A stretch of DNA of 64,000 nt from IMG/VR virus record IMGVR_UViG_3300050645_000010, positions 2,234 to 66,233 of that record, one strand, 5' to 3'. Numbering within the stretch: the stretch's first letter is position 1; every line of letters begins with the position of its first letter. Below are positions 1 to 9,967 of this stretch, piece by piece. This DNA is from a virus (taxonomy: Duplodnaviria; Caudoviricetes). The position numbers were made by a program, and so were the translations under genes. The notes beneath the pieces were generated by a model. It had not been told where the DNA came from. It did no database searches and saw only the letters and a program-made list of their open reading frames with translations.

Positions 1-17
1 GCAATGAAATCAAGATC

Positions 18-641
18 GTGTACAAAAACGTTGACGAGGTTGTGCCGTATGAGAACAACCCACGCAACAACGATGAGGCTGTATCAGCAGTCGCAGACAG
101 CATCAGAGAAAACGGGTTCAAAAACCCGATCGTGATCGACCGGAACAACGTCATCGTGTGCGGGCATACGCGCATCAAGGCAGCGAAGAACTTGGGGATG
201 ACGCGGGTTCCTTGCGTGGTCGCGGACGATTTGAGCGACGAGCAGATACGCAAGTTCAGGCTTCAGGACAATTACACGCACGAGCTGGCATTGTGGGACG
301 AAGCGAAGCTGGCGGATGAGGTCGCGGCGCTCGAAGCGGCGGGCGTGGACATGGAAGGCATGTTCGACGAATTGCTCGCCGGCAGCGAAGAGGCAGAGGC
401 GAAGGAGAAACCGGAAGTCGAGTTCACGGAAGAAGTGCTGGAATCCCATAACTACGTGGTGCTGTTTTTCGATAACGACGTTGATTGGCTGCAAGCGCAG
501 AGCGTGTTCAACATCAAGACGGTTGCGGGGTTCAGCACGAAGAAGGACGGGAACGGGAAGCGCAAAAAGCGCGGCGTCGGGCGCGTGATTCGCGGTTCGG
601 AGTTTTTGAAGCGGATCACGGAAGGGGTGTTCAATACGTGA
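18..641 (+). CDS. ParB/Srx N-terminal domain protein; frame is open to the window edge so the true start may lie upstream
   Basis: PYENNPRNND...GFKNPIVID...IVCGHTRIKAA...FRLQDN is the typical phage ParB-N signature. Confidence 0.85.
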   Translation: MYKNVDEVVPYENNPRNNDEAVSAVADSIRENGFKNPIVIDRNNVIVCGHTRIKAAKNLGMTRVPCVVADDLSDEQIRKFRLQDNYTHELALWDEAKLADEVAALEAAGVDMEGMFDELLAGSEEAEAKEKPEVEFTEEVLESHNYVVLFFDNDVDWLQAQSVFNIKTVAGFSTKKDGNGKRKKRGVGRVIRGSEFLKRITEGVFNT

Positions 642-1420
642 ACATCAGCGTGAATTGCCCGTCATACAAGCGCCCGAAGGTTCGGACGTTGAGCTACCTC
701 CCCTTCTGCAAGGTTTGGGTCTGCGAGACAGAGTATGAGGATTATATATATAATAACAAGGGGTATGAAAAGAACATAGTATCGTGTACAAGAGGGATAC
801 AGGGAAACGTGTGCAGGATACGGAACCACATACTCCGGACTGAGTTCGAGAACGGCGCAGATGTCGTTGTGATCGTCGATGACGATATGAAATACATGGC
901 GTACTTCGAGAGCGTCGGAAGATTCGGGTACAACGACATACGGCTCGAAACGGAAGACTTCCTGCCGTTCGTCGAGGAATATTCGCTGATGGCGACGGAC
1001 CTTGGCGCGTTCCTTTGGGGCGTGAACCTCAATTACAACAAAGACGCATACAACCACTACACCCCGTTTTCAACGAATAACGTCGTGCTCGGGCCGTTTT
1101 CGTGCCATATCAGAGGCGGCGGGATCTGGTACGATGAGCGGTTGCCCCTCAAAGAAGACTATGATATTTGCATTCAGCATTTGAACAGGTATCGGGTCAT
1201 ATTGAGGGTGAACAAGTATCACTATTACTGCAAGCAGTCGGAACAGGACGGAGGATGCGCGACATATCGCAACATGGACCGGGAGCGCGAACAGCTTGAA
1301 TTGCTGCGCAAGAAGTGGGGTTCGGAGATCATCGCGACCGATAAACGGATGCGGGGCGGTGTTGCGGTTGATGTGCTTGACTACAATCCCATCGTGCGTG
1401 TTCCCATCAAAGGCGTGTAG
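638..1420 (+). CDS. GREB1/TAGT-like glycosyltransferase
   Basis: GTG start overlapping the ParB stop (GTGA); motifs PSYKRP, RNHIL, VIVDDDM (DxD), KEDYD, GGC, LRKKWG. Confidence 0.7.
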   Translation: MNISVNCPSYKRPKVRTLSYLPFCKVWVCETEYEDYIYNNKGYEKNIVSCTRGIQGNVCRIRNHILRTEFENGADVVVIVDDDMKYMAYFESVGRFGYNDIRLETEDFLPFVEEYSLMATDLGAFLWGVNLNYNKDAYNHYTPFSTNNVVLGPFSCHIRGGGIWYDERLPLKEDYDICIQHLNRYRVILRVNKYHYYCKQSEQDGGCATYRNMDREREQLELLRKKWGSEIIATDKRMRGGVAVDVLDYNPIVRVPIKGV

Positions 1421-1458
1421 CGAAATCGCCAATCAAACACGAACAGAGGTGGGAGGCG

Positions 1459-2307
1459 GTGGAAGAAGGCAAAGGCGATGCGCGCACAGAAGCCCGGTTG
1501 AAGTACATTCGCAGCAGCGGAAAAAAAACCCTACGACAAATTGCCGAGGAAGTCGGCGTGCCGCTTTCAACTGTGAAATCGTGGAAGCAGCGCGACAAGT
1601 GGGACGATGAAGCGAGTATCGCAAAGGGTGCAACCGGACGCAAAGAACCGGATGCAGATGCGGACGCAGGAAAACGCGGACGCAAGACGGATGCGCCCCG
1701 AATCGCCGAAACAAAAAAGCGCGGCGGTCAGACCGGAAACAAGAACGCATACGGGAACAAGGGCGGCGCGGCCCCGGTCGGGAACAAAAATGCGATGAGC
1801 ACGGGCGCGTATGAACGGATCATGTTCGCGACGCTATCGGAGGACGAAAAGGAATTGATTCGGGACATGCCCCTTGAAAGGGATTTGCTCCTGATCGATC
1901 AGATACGCATATTGACGATTCGGGAAAAGCGGATGCTCGAACGGATCGACGAAGTAAAAAAGTCGGCGAAGTCAAACATGATCCCAAGCAGCATGCGAAT
2001 TGTGAACCGGGGCGAGACGGCGAAGGCGACGGATGGGTACAGCGAAAACGTAATGTACATGTTGAACAGGTTAGAAGAGGCCCTAACGCGGGTTCAACAA
2101 CGCAAGCAAGCGGCAATTGATGCGTTGCATAGATACAGGATCGAGGATACGAGATTCATGCCGAAGGGCGGTGCGCAGCCGGGCGACGTTGGCGATGAAT
2201 TGGACGATGTTCAAATATCGCGCGTGTTGGCGGGGATGAGCGACGAAGAGCTGCGAAGGTACGCTTCGACGTGCGATGACTACAACTCGGGAGGCGGTGA
2301 ATTGTGA
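1459..2307 (+). CDS. terS: Terminase small subunit
   Basis: N-terminal HTH (TLRQIAEEVGVPLSTVKSWKQRDKWD), GGQxGNKNA repeats, directly upstream of terL. Confidence 0.75.
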   Translation: MEEGKGDARTEARLKYIRSSGKKTLRQIAEEVGVPLSTVKSWKQRDKWDDEASIAKGATGRKEPDADADAGKRGRKTDAPRIAETKKRGGQTGNKNAYGNKGGAAPVGNKNAMSTGAYERIMFATLSEDEKELIRDMPLERDLLLIDQIRILTIREKRMLERIDEVKKSAKSNMIPSSMRIVNRGETAKATDGYSENVMYMLNRLEEALTRVQQRKQAAIDALHRYRIEDTRFMPKGGAQPGDVGDELDDVQISRVLAGMSDEELRRYASTCDDYNSGGGEL

Positions 2308-3833
2308 GCGGATACGCGAGCACGATACCGCGCGAGGCAGTACAACGCGAGTTGGAGCGCAGGGAGGCAGAGCGGCAGGAGCAAATAGCCCGGAACGCAT
2401 GGCGCATATTGGCGCGGCGGAGCATGGCGGACTTCGCGTTGTACACGGACGCAAGATACCGCATGAATTGGCACCACAAGGTGATATGCGATGCGCTGGA
2501 TAGATGGATTCGGAAGGACATCAAGCGGTTAGCGGTATTCACGCCGCCGAGACACGGGAAGTCTGAATTGGTGAGCCGCAAATTGCCCGCATACCTGTTC
2601 GGGGTCGATCCTGATACATCGGTCATATCGACGAGCTATTCGGCGGACCTCGCAAGCCGGATGAACCGGGATGTGCAGCGGATCATTGACAGCGAGAGAT
2701 ACCGGGACTTGTTCCCCGATACGCGATTGTTCGGGAGGAACATTCGAAGCCTTGCGCAAGGGAGTTACCTGCGGAATTCGGACATATTCGAGATCGTCGG
2801 GCGCAGGGGCGTATACAGAAGCGCAGGCGTCGGCGGCGGTATTACGGGCATGGGCGGCGACTACATCATCATTGATGACCCCGTGAAGAACCGCAAGGAA
2901 GCGACGAGCGAGACGTACCGGAATACGGTTTGGGATTGGTACACTTCGACGCTGTACACTCGCCTTGAAAAAGACGGGTGTATTTTATTGACCATGACGC
3001 GGTGGCACGAAGATGATTTGGCCGGGCGCGTGTTGGCGAAGATGCAGGAGGACGATTCGGAGCAATGGACGGTCGTTGATTTACCTGCAATTTGCGAAAA
3101 AGAAGGGTTGCACGATTACGACATACGGCGGACCGGTGAAGCCCTGTGGCGTGGCAAGTACAACGAAGCGGCTTTACAGAACATCAAGCTGACGGTCGGC
3201 AGCTACGATTGGAGCGCGTTGTATCAGCAGCAGCCGCACCCAGCAGAGGGCGGTATCCTGAAAACTGCGTATTTCAGGTATTGGGATAAGCTGCCGGATC
3301 GTTTCGATGTGATAATTCAAAGCTGGGACTGCGCGTTCAAAGACGGCGACAACAACGACTTCGTTGCGGGGCACGTGTGGGGACGATTGGGCGGCGATTT
3401 TTACCTGATCGACCGGATTCACGATCGGATGGGGATCGCGAAGACAATGCAATCGATCACGGCGTTGTCGGAGAAGTGGCCCAGGGCGCGGGCGAAACTG
3501 ATCGAAGACAAGGCGAACGGAACAGCGGTAATTGAGTTGTTGACGCACAAAGTTCCCGGGCTTATTCCGGTCGAACCGCAGGGCGGAAAGGTCGTGCGGG
3601 CGCAAGCGATAGCGCCGTACTTGGAGGCTGGGAACATATATTTGCCGAACACGAAAAACCACCCTTGGATACACGACATGATAAACGAATGCGCAAACTT
3701 CCCCAATGGCTCGCATGATGATGATGTTGACGCAATGACACAGGCGATCATAAACATGTCGGATTACGTTGTCAGCGGTTTGCCGCCTTCGGAGTACACG
3801 AATCAGCGCGACAGCTACTGGCTGCAAAGGTGA
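2304..3833 (+). CDS. terL: Terminase large subunit
   Basis: Walker A PPRHGKSE, Walker B IIIDDP, C-terminal nuclease motifs SWDCAFK and HDDDVDAMTQA. Confidence 0.95.
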   Translation: MSGYASTIPREAVQRELERREAERQEQIARNAWRILARRSMADFALYTDARYRMNWHHKVICDALDRWIRKDIKRLAVFTPPRHGKSELVSRKLPAYLFGVDPDTSVISTSYSADLASRMNRDVQRIIDSERYRDLFPDTRLFGRNIRSLAQGSYLRNSDIFEIVGRRGVYRSAGVGGGITGMGGDYIIIDDPVKNRKEATSETYRNTVWDWYTSTLYTRLEKDGCILLTMTRWHEDDLAGRVLAKMQEDDSEQWTVVDLPAICEKEGLHDYDIRRTGEALWRGKYNEAALQNIKLTVGSYDWSALYQQQPHPAEGGILKTAYFRYWDKLPDRFDVIIQSWDCAFKDGDNNDFVAGHVWGRLGGDFYLIDRIHDRMGIAKTMQSITALSEKWPRARAKLIEDKANGTAVIELLTHKVPGLIPVEPQGGKVVRAQAIAPYLEAGNIYLPNTKNHPWIHDMINECANFPNGSHDDDVDAMTQAIINMSDYVVSGLPPSEYTNQRDSYWLQR

Positions 3834-3847
3834 GGTGATGACGCGAC

Positions 3848-5245
3848 ATGCCAGCAATGAACGAGATCGGGCGCATTGGTCAACGCAGATATGGCGGACA
3901 GTTCAGCGAGGAATTCCTTCGCGAGCTTCAGGGCAAAAAGGGCATTGAAACATACCGCGAGATGAGCGAAAACGACGATGTATGCGGCGCGATTCTGTAC
4001 GCGATCGAAATGCTGATACGGCAAAGCTCGTGGAATGTGCAACCGGGCGGAAGCTCGCGCACGGATGCAGAATGCGCCGAGTTCGTCGAATCGTGCATGC
4101 ACGACATGCAAGATACGTGGGTCGATACCATATCGGAGGTCCTTTCGTTTTTGACGTTTGGTTGGTCGTATCACGAAATCGTATACAAGCGGAGAACAGG
4201 CGACAGCAGGGACCCGAGGTTGCAATCGAAATACACTGACGGGTTCGTAGGGTGGCAGAAATTGCCTATCAGAGCGCAAGAAACCCTATGGCAATGGGAA
4301 TACGACGCGAACGACAATTTGCAGGGCATGACGCAGATTGCACCGCCTCAATACATCATGGCGACGATCCCAATCAAGAAAGCCTTGCATTTCAGGACCA
4401 AATCGCGGAAGAACAACCCGGAAGGCCGATCGATACTGCGGTCTGCGTTTCGCGCGTGGTATTTCAAACGGAGAATTCAGGAAATCGAGGGTATCGGGAT
4501 TGAACGCGATTTGGCCGGTTTGCCTGTCATGAAAGCACCGCCCAACTCGCACATATGGGACGATACGCCGGATTCAAAAGACATGCTGAACCGCGCCGAG
4601 GCGATCGTGCGGAACGTGCGGCGCGATGCGACAGAGGGCATTGTATTGCCGGCAGAATGGGAGCTTTCGTTGCTTTCGACAGGCGGGCGCCGACAGTTTG
4701 ACACGTCGGGGATCATCGAGAGATACGACACGCGCATAGCGATGAGCACGTTATCAGATTTCATCCTCCTTGGGCATCAGAAGGTCGGGTCGTTTGCATT
4801 GAGCAGCGATAAGACGGAGTTGTTTTCGCTGGCGCTTGGGGCGTATCTGGACATAATCTGCGAGACGTTCAACTCACAGGCCATTCCCCGATTGATCGCC
4901 ATGAATGCGGAGCATTTCAACGGCATCACGGATTACCCGAAGTTGGCGCACGGGGATGTCGAGACGCCGGATTTAACGCAGATCGGAACTTACATCAAGG
5001 ACATGACGGGATGCGGCGTCATTATCCCCGATCAGGCGCTCGAAGATTACGTGCGGCAGGTGGCGAGTTTGCCGGAACGGTTGGAATCGCAGGAGTTTGA
5101 CGAGGCCACACGGCGGCAGCAGAGGCAGGACACACGAGAGAAGCAGGACGCCGAACAAGATATTGACATGGACGATCCCGAAACAGAAGACGCAGAGCAA
5201 GCGCAGGAGGCAAAGAAGAGGCTCGGAAGAGGCGGCACGCAATGA
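3848..5245 (+). CDS. Portal protein (DUF935/Mu gp29-like)
   Basis: 465 aa right after terL; NPEGRSILR and EGIGIERDLAGLP motifs. Confidence 0.85.
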   Translation: MPAMNEIGRIGQRRYGGQFSEEFLRELQGKKGIETYREMSENDDVCGAILYAIEMLIRQSSWNVQPGGSSRTDAECAEFVESCMHDMQDTWVDTISEVLSFLTFGWSYHEIVYKRRTGDSRDPRLQSKYTDGFVGWQKLPIRAQETLWQWEYDANDNLQGMTQIAPPQYIMATIPIKKALHFRTKSRKNNPEGRSILRSAFRAWYFKRRIQEIEGIGIERDLAGLPVMKAPPNSHIWDDTPDSKDMLNRAEAIVRNVRRDATEGIVLPAEWELSLLSTGGRRQFDTSGIIERYDTRIAMSTLSDFILLGHQKVGSFALSSDKTELFSLALGAYLDIICETFNSQAIPRLIAMNAEHFNGITDYPKLAHGDVETPDLTQIGTYIKDMTGCGVIIPDQALEDYVRQVASLPERLESQEFDEATRRQQRQDTREKQDAEQDIDMDDPETEDAEQAQEAKKRLGRGGTQ

Positions 5246-6192
5246 ACGCGGGCGGCAGAGTGTTGGAGTTGTCGAAGGCGGACCTTTCAATGCTCGAACG
5301 ATTGTCGGCGTTCATCGACGAGGAATCCCCGGAACTAGCGGAATTCCTGACCCGGACTTGGGATGACCAGCAGAAGGCAATCACGTACCGCGAACTGCGC
5401 GAAGCGATATTTAACGGCGAGATTTCGAAGGCGCAGATATTGAACTGGCAGCAGGATTACAGCGTGTTCGTTTCGACGGTGTACGCACCCGTCGCGGAAA
5501 AGGCAATCAACAAAGCTGCGATGGAGCTTGCACAGAGGTTCGGCGGATTGGTGCATGATCCTCAAACGTTCGCGATGCGGCAGTTCATCGAGAGCCGGGG
5601 GGCGCAGTTGGTTCGGGAGATGAGCGCGGCGCAAACGGCGGCGATCAATACGATTGTCAAACAGGCGTCGTTGTCGGGCACGTTGACGGTAAACGAGTGC
5701 GCGCGCGCCATACGGCCTTGCATTGGCCTCACGAAGCGTCAGACCCAAGCGACGTACAATTTCTACGAGAAGCTGCGGGAGCTGGGAGTGCCGCCTAAAA
5801 CGGCGTTAAAAAGGCAAGCAACGTATGCAGAGATGACGCACAGGAACAGGGCAGAGACGATTGCTCAAACCGAGATGGGGCGAGCATACAACGAAGGCGC
5901 TGCAATTGCCGTTCAAGAAGGGCAGCAGCAAGGGTTATTCGGAAAGTTCAAAGAACGATGGTTGACAGCGGAAGACGAGCGCGTATGCCCACAATGCGGC
6001 GCGCTGCACGGCGTCACAATTGAACAGGGGGGCACATTCCCCGGTGGCATAATCCTCCCCCCTGCCCACCCACGTTGCCGGTGTGCGGTCGCATATGACA
6101 TTGAGCCGATCGAGGAAACGGGCGGCGTTCAGTTCACATTGCAGGAGATCGAAGATTTGTATAACACGTACATGACGGCCCCATTTGTATAG
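5242..6192 (+). CDS. Minor head morphogenesis protein (Mu F/SPP1 gp7-like)
   Basis: RAETIAQTE, WLTAEDERVCPQC and PPAHPRCRC motifs. Confidence 0.8.
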   Translation: MNAGGRVLELSKADLSMLERLSAFIDEESPELAEFLTRTWDDQQKAITYRELREAIFNGEISKAQILNWQQDYSVFVSTVYAPVAEKAINKAAMELAQRFGGLVHDPQTFAMRQFIESRGAQLVREMSAAQTAAINTIVKQASLSGTLTVNECARAIRPCIGLTKRQTQATYNFYEKLRELGVPPKTALKRQATYAEMTHRNRAETIAQTEMGRAYNEGAAIAVQEGQQQGLFGKFKERWLTAEDERVCPQCGALHGVTIEQGGTFPGGIILPPAHPRCRCAVAYDIEPIEETGGVQFTLQEIEDLYNTYMTAPFV

Positions 6193-6206
6193 CGGGAGGC
6201 GGCAGC

Positions 6207-6674
6207 ATGGCAAAGACATTCAAGGATTACATGATTCACAAGCAGCTACCGAGGGCTGACCCGTGCGGCGGTACATTGCAATGCTTGTTTCACATATCGA
6301 AGGCGGATGACGAAAAGCGTCTGGCGTTCGGGTGGGCGAGCGTCGCGGAACGCAAGGATGGACAAACGGTTGTCGATTGGCAGGATGACATAATCGACAT
6401 TGCCGAGTTGGAATCAGCCGCCTATGATTTCGTGCAGTTCTGGCGGGAAGGCAGCGACATGCACGAGCGGGGCGGTTTTGATATTGCGGTGCTCGTCGAA
6501 AGCATGGTGTTCACGCCTGAAAAAATGTTGGCGTTGGGCATCAAGGAAGGCGACGTGCCGTGCGGATGGTGGGTTGGGTTCAAAGTCGTTGACGATGACG
6601 TATGGGAGAAAGTCAAGGACGGCACTTACAAGATGTTCAGCATTGAGGGCGAAGCGGTGCGCGAAGAGGTATAG
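6207..6674 (+). CDS. XkdF-like putative prohead serine protease
   Basis: RLAFGWASV...VVDWQDD...MHE...WWVGFKV...MFSIEG. Confidence 0.75.
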   Translation: MAKTFKDYMIHKQLPRADPCGGTLQCLFHISKADDEKRLAFGWASVAERKDGQTVVDWQDDIIDIAELESAAYDFVQFWREGSDMHERGGFDIAVLVESMVFTPEKMLALGIKEGDVPCGWWVGFKVVDDDVWEKVKDGTYKMFSIEGEAVREEV

Positions 6675-6692
6675 GAACGGAGGTGAAAAAGA

Positions 6693-7886
6693 TTGCCGAA
6701 TGTGTTGCGAAACATGCGCATAAAGCGGGTCGCGTTTGTCGATGAGGGCGCGAACCCGGATGCGCATATCAGATTCGCAAAGAACAAAACGGGCGGCGAC
6801 AGCGGCGGACAGACCGAACCGGAAGCAGACGATGGATTCATGAAGCGGATGTTCGCGGCGTTCATGAAGACGTTCAAGCCGTTCATGAAGGAATCAACGT
6901 CGTTCAAAGAAGAGATGGTGCGGCGTGAGTATTGGGACGTTCAAGACGAAATGTATCGGGCGGCGTGGGCGTACCTCGATTCGATCGGCACTATTCTTTT
7001 CGACGATGAAACACAGCCCGAGGAAAAGGCGCGGCTGATGCGCGCGAGCACGAAGGAGTTTTTCGATATGATCGAGGCTTCGACCGATAATTGGTCGAAG
7101 GCCGAGGCGACGGAAGTTTCGTTTGTCGCGGATAACGGCGGGGTCGATGTTCTCGTGAAGATGCGCGATATGCTCAATGAGCGCATCGAAAAGGGCGGCA
7201 GCGAACCCAAGAAGCCGACGAAGAAGGCAGAGGATGAGGACGGCGACGAGGGCAGCGAGGAAGAAGAGCAGGAAACGGGAACGGCGAAAAAAGTGCAGAA
7301 GGGAGTTTCACAGAATATGGATCATCTGGTGTTCGATGAATCGAAGATGACGCCGGAAGAGAAGGCGACGTTCGACGATTTGAAAAAGCGGTTCGGGACC
7401 ATTGACGCCGGCGACGATGGCGACGAAGGCAACAAAGGCGCGGAGGGCGCGAAGCAGACGGAAGAAGAGGACGTGTACAAGGGCTTGCACCCCACCGTTC
7501 GCGCGGAGCTTGAGCGGTTGAAGAAGTTCCATGAGGACACGGAGAAGCGCGAACTGCTGGGGATCGCGAAGAAGTACGAGTTGCTCGGGCACAAGCCCGA
7601 AGCCCTCGCGGTCGTGCTGAAGAACCTCAAAGACGCGGGCGGCACGGCGTATGCCGACATGATTGGCTTGATGGATAGCAATCTGGCGGCGCTGGAAAAG
7701 TCGGGGCTGTTCGGCGAGATCGGAAAGCGCGGCGATACTGCGAGCGGCGACCCGTGGGCCAAGATCGAGGCGGCGGCGCATGAGATCGTCAAGGCGAAGC
7801 CTGACATGAGATGGGCCGATGCGGTCGATACGGCGTGCATGCAGCACCCCGAACTCGTGGCCGAGTATGAAAAGGACCGCGGTTAA
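6693..7886 (+). CDS. Capsid scaffold protein with protease-like N-terminal strand
   Basis: TTG start after GGAGGTG; N-terminal IKRVAFVDEGANPDAHI; acidic/charged helical body; position before the capsid genes. Confidence 0.65.
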   Translation: MPNVLRNMRIKRVAFVDEGANPDAHIRFAKNKTGGDSGGQTEPEADDGFMKRMFAAFMKTFKPFMKESTSFKEEMVRREYWDVQDEMYRAAWAYLDSIGTILFDDETQPEEKARLMRASTKEFFDMIEASTDNWSKAEATEVSFVADNGGVDVLVKMRDMLNERIEKGGSEPKKPTKKAEDEDGDEGSEEEEQETGTAKKVQKGVSQNMDHLVFDESKMTPEEKATFDDLKKRFGTIDAGDDGDEGNKGAEGAKQTEEEDVYKGLHPTVRAELERLKKFHEDTEKRELLGIAKKYELLGHKPEALAVVLKNLKDAGGTAYADMIGLMDSNLAALEKSGLFGEIGKRGDTASGDPWAKIEAAAHEIVKAKPDMRWADAVDTACMQHPELVAEYEKDRG

Positions 7887-7918
7887 GACGAGACAGGCAG
7901 AAAGGAGAAGATAAGAAC

Positions 7919-8533
7919 ATGGCGTATATGAATGCGGCGATCAACGACAGCCCGACGATTGTTGACAAAGCGGCGGGGTCGATGACGAACCCCGCGATGT
8001 TGGCGGCGGTATACAGCGGCGGGAAGCTCGCGATTGCGAGCGCGGCGGGCGCGGTTGTGGTGGGCATTGTCCTCCCCGATGCGCCCGATACGGTAAGCGC
8101 GGACGATGATTTGACCGTGGCCATCAAGGACATTGTGCTGTGGAAAACAGGTGACGCAATCGCAAAAGGAGCAGAGCTTGCTACGGCGAACAATGGTAAA
8201 GCGGTCACGGCGACATCAGGAGCGTTCATCGTGGGTTTCGCGCTTGATGCTGCCAGTGCGGCGGATCAGGTCATCCGCGTACAGATCACAAAGGCGGGGT
8301 ACAAGAGCGGCGGCAGCGTAAGCCCGCTTACCCTTGCGGGACTGACCGACGTGGACATTACCAGCGTACAAGACGGCGACGTCATCGCGTATGACGCTGC
8401 GGCACAGAAGTATGTCAACAAGGCTCTTGCCCTCAAGGATTTGAGCGATGTTGACCCGACACTTAATCCCACGGACGGCCAGACGCTTACATATGACGGC
8501 ACGACCGACAATCAGTGGGAAGCCAAGACGTGA
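7919..8533 (+). CDS. Head decoration/cement protein with C-terminal fibre-type repeats
   Basis: Ala/Gly-rich DUF2190-like N-domain before the major capsid gene; two (L.)DL.DV...DG..L.YD repeats at the C-terminus. Confidence 0.6.
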   Translation: MAYMNAAINDSPTIVDKAAGSMTNPAMLAAVYSGGKLAIASAAGAVVVGIVLPDAPDTVSADDDLTVAIKDIVLWKTGDAIAKGAELATANNGKAVTATSGAFIVGFALDAASAADQVIRVQITKAGYKSGGSVSPLTLAGLTDVDITSVQDGDVIAYDAAAQKYVNKALALKDLSDVDPTLNPTDGQTLTYDGTTDNQWEAKT

Positions 8534-8561
8534 TTCACGGATGGAAAGGAGCAATTAAGAG

Positions 8562-9587
8562 ATGAGAAACAGGGCAAGCAATGAGGCGATCATGGCTGAA
8601 ATCGCCAAAGGCTGGAAACCCCATGCGTATTTGACAAACATGTCTATTGCGTATTTTCAGCCCAGCGATTGGTTTGTGGCACCGGCGATTTTCCCGATCC
8701 TCCCCGTCCCCCTTTCGACCTCATATTACTATGAGTTTTCGAAGGCTGATTTGGCGCGCGACAATGTTCAGAGGAAGCCGCCGCACGGCAAGGTCACGCC
8801 GATGATCTTCGGTCAGACGGAGAAGATCTATCGGTGCGATTGCGATCAGGTCATTGTCGGAATCGATCAGATTACGACGCTGGACTATCAGCGCGCGCGC
8901 ACTCCGGGCATGGCCGACCCGCGAAGGGCAAAGGTCAAAATCGCCACGGAACAGTTGATGCTTCACATGGACAGGATGTTCGCTGGCGGGTTCTTTGGTG
9001 CGGGCATTTGGGCCGACGAGTGGGCGGGCGTCGCATCGAACCCCACTGGCAAGCAGTTCTTCAAGTTCGGCGACAGCAACTTCGACCCGGTGGCGTTTTT
9101 CGGCGCAAGAAAGGTTGAGATGATGCGGCGCGGGCGCAGGAAGCCGAACGTATTGGCGTTGGGCGTCGAAGCATACGAAGCGTTGAGGGTCAACCCCGAC
9201 TTGCTGGATCGCGTGAAATACTCCGGCAGCACGCCGAACCCGGCGACGGTCAACACGAACGTCCTTGCGCAGCTGCTCGAAGTCGATAAGGTGGTTGTGT
9301 TGAACAGCGTGTTCAACAGCGCGGGTATCGGCGAAACCGAGAACATGCAGTTCATTTGCGATAGCAAAGGCGCGCTGCTGTGCTACTCGGTGGCAACTCC
9401 GGCAATCGATGAGGCGACGGCGGGATACATTTTCGCGTGGGATATGCTGGGCAATGGTCAGTACATCGCGATGGATCAGTGGGAAGGCGAGAAGGGCACG
9501 CATACCGAATTCGTCGAAGGGCTTATGTCCTACACGATGAAGATTGTGTGCAACGATCTCGGCACCTACATGAAAGATTGCGTGTAA
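8562..9587 (+). CDS. Major capsid protein
   Basis: 341 aa, position after scaffold/decoration genes; RKPNVLALG motif typical of phage capsid proteins. Confidence 0.85.
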   Translation: MRNRASNEAIMAEIAKGWKPHAYLTNMSIAYFQPSDWFVAPAIFPILPVPLSTSYYYEFSKADLARDNVQRKPPHGKVTPMIFGQTEKIYRCDCDQVIVGIDQITTLDYQRARTPGMADPRRAKVKIATEQLMLHMDRMFAGGFFGAGIWADEWAGVASNPTGKQFFKFGDSNFDPVAFFGARKVEMMRRGRRKPNVLALGVEAYEALRVNPDLLDRVKYSGSTPNPATVNTNVLAQLLEVDKVVVLNSVFNSAGIGETENMQFICDSKGALLCYSVATPAIDEATAGYIFAWDMLGNGQYIAMDQWEGEKGTHTEFVEGLMSYTMKIVCNDLGTYMKDCV

Positions 9588-9620
9588 TGGGCACACGCTC
9601 GAAGAAGGCGAGGTGATGAA

Positions 9621-9962
9621 ATGCAACACATATGTTTGCGGGCAAGTATGATAAGCGGCGTTGCCTACAATGCGGGCGACGCCGTTCCTTATGAGGCCGT
9701 CGAGCAAGCGCGCAGGAAGCGCCTTATCAGCATGGGCATTATTTCGGAGCCGTTCGAAGCGAAGCGCGCAGAGGCCAGAGACGCCCCCAGCGATGGAGCG
9801 GCGGAACAGCCGCAGAGCGGCGAGCAGATTACGCCCGATGCGTCAGCCGAGCCGGAACAGCCTGTACCCGGCGATGGAGCGGCGGACGATGAATCACAGC
9901 AGCCGGAAGAAGAAGGCGGCTTAAACGGCGTTAAAAAGCCCGCTAAAGGCAAAGGGCGGTGA
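9621..9962 (+). CDS. Hypothetical head-associated protein with low-complexity acidic C-terminus
   Basis: SD GAGGTG; fits between the capsid and neck genes. Confidence 0.55.
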   Translation: MQHICLRASMISGVAYNAGDAVPYEAVEQARRKRLISMGIISEPFEAKRAEARDAPSDGAAEQPQSGEQITPDASAEPEQPVPGDGAADDESQQPEEEGGLNGVKKPAKGKGR

Positions 9963-9967
9963 CTTGC

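Noticed and set aside
9790-9886. 16-bp direct repeat GCGATGGAGCGGCGGA, 81 bp apart
   Set aside because: Lies in a low-complexity coding linker; explained by a small internal duplication.
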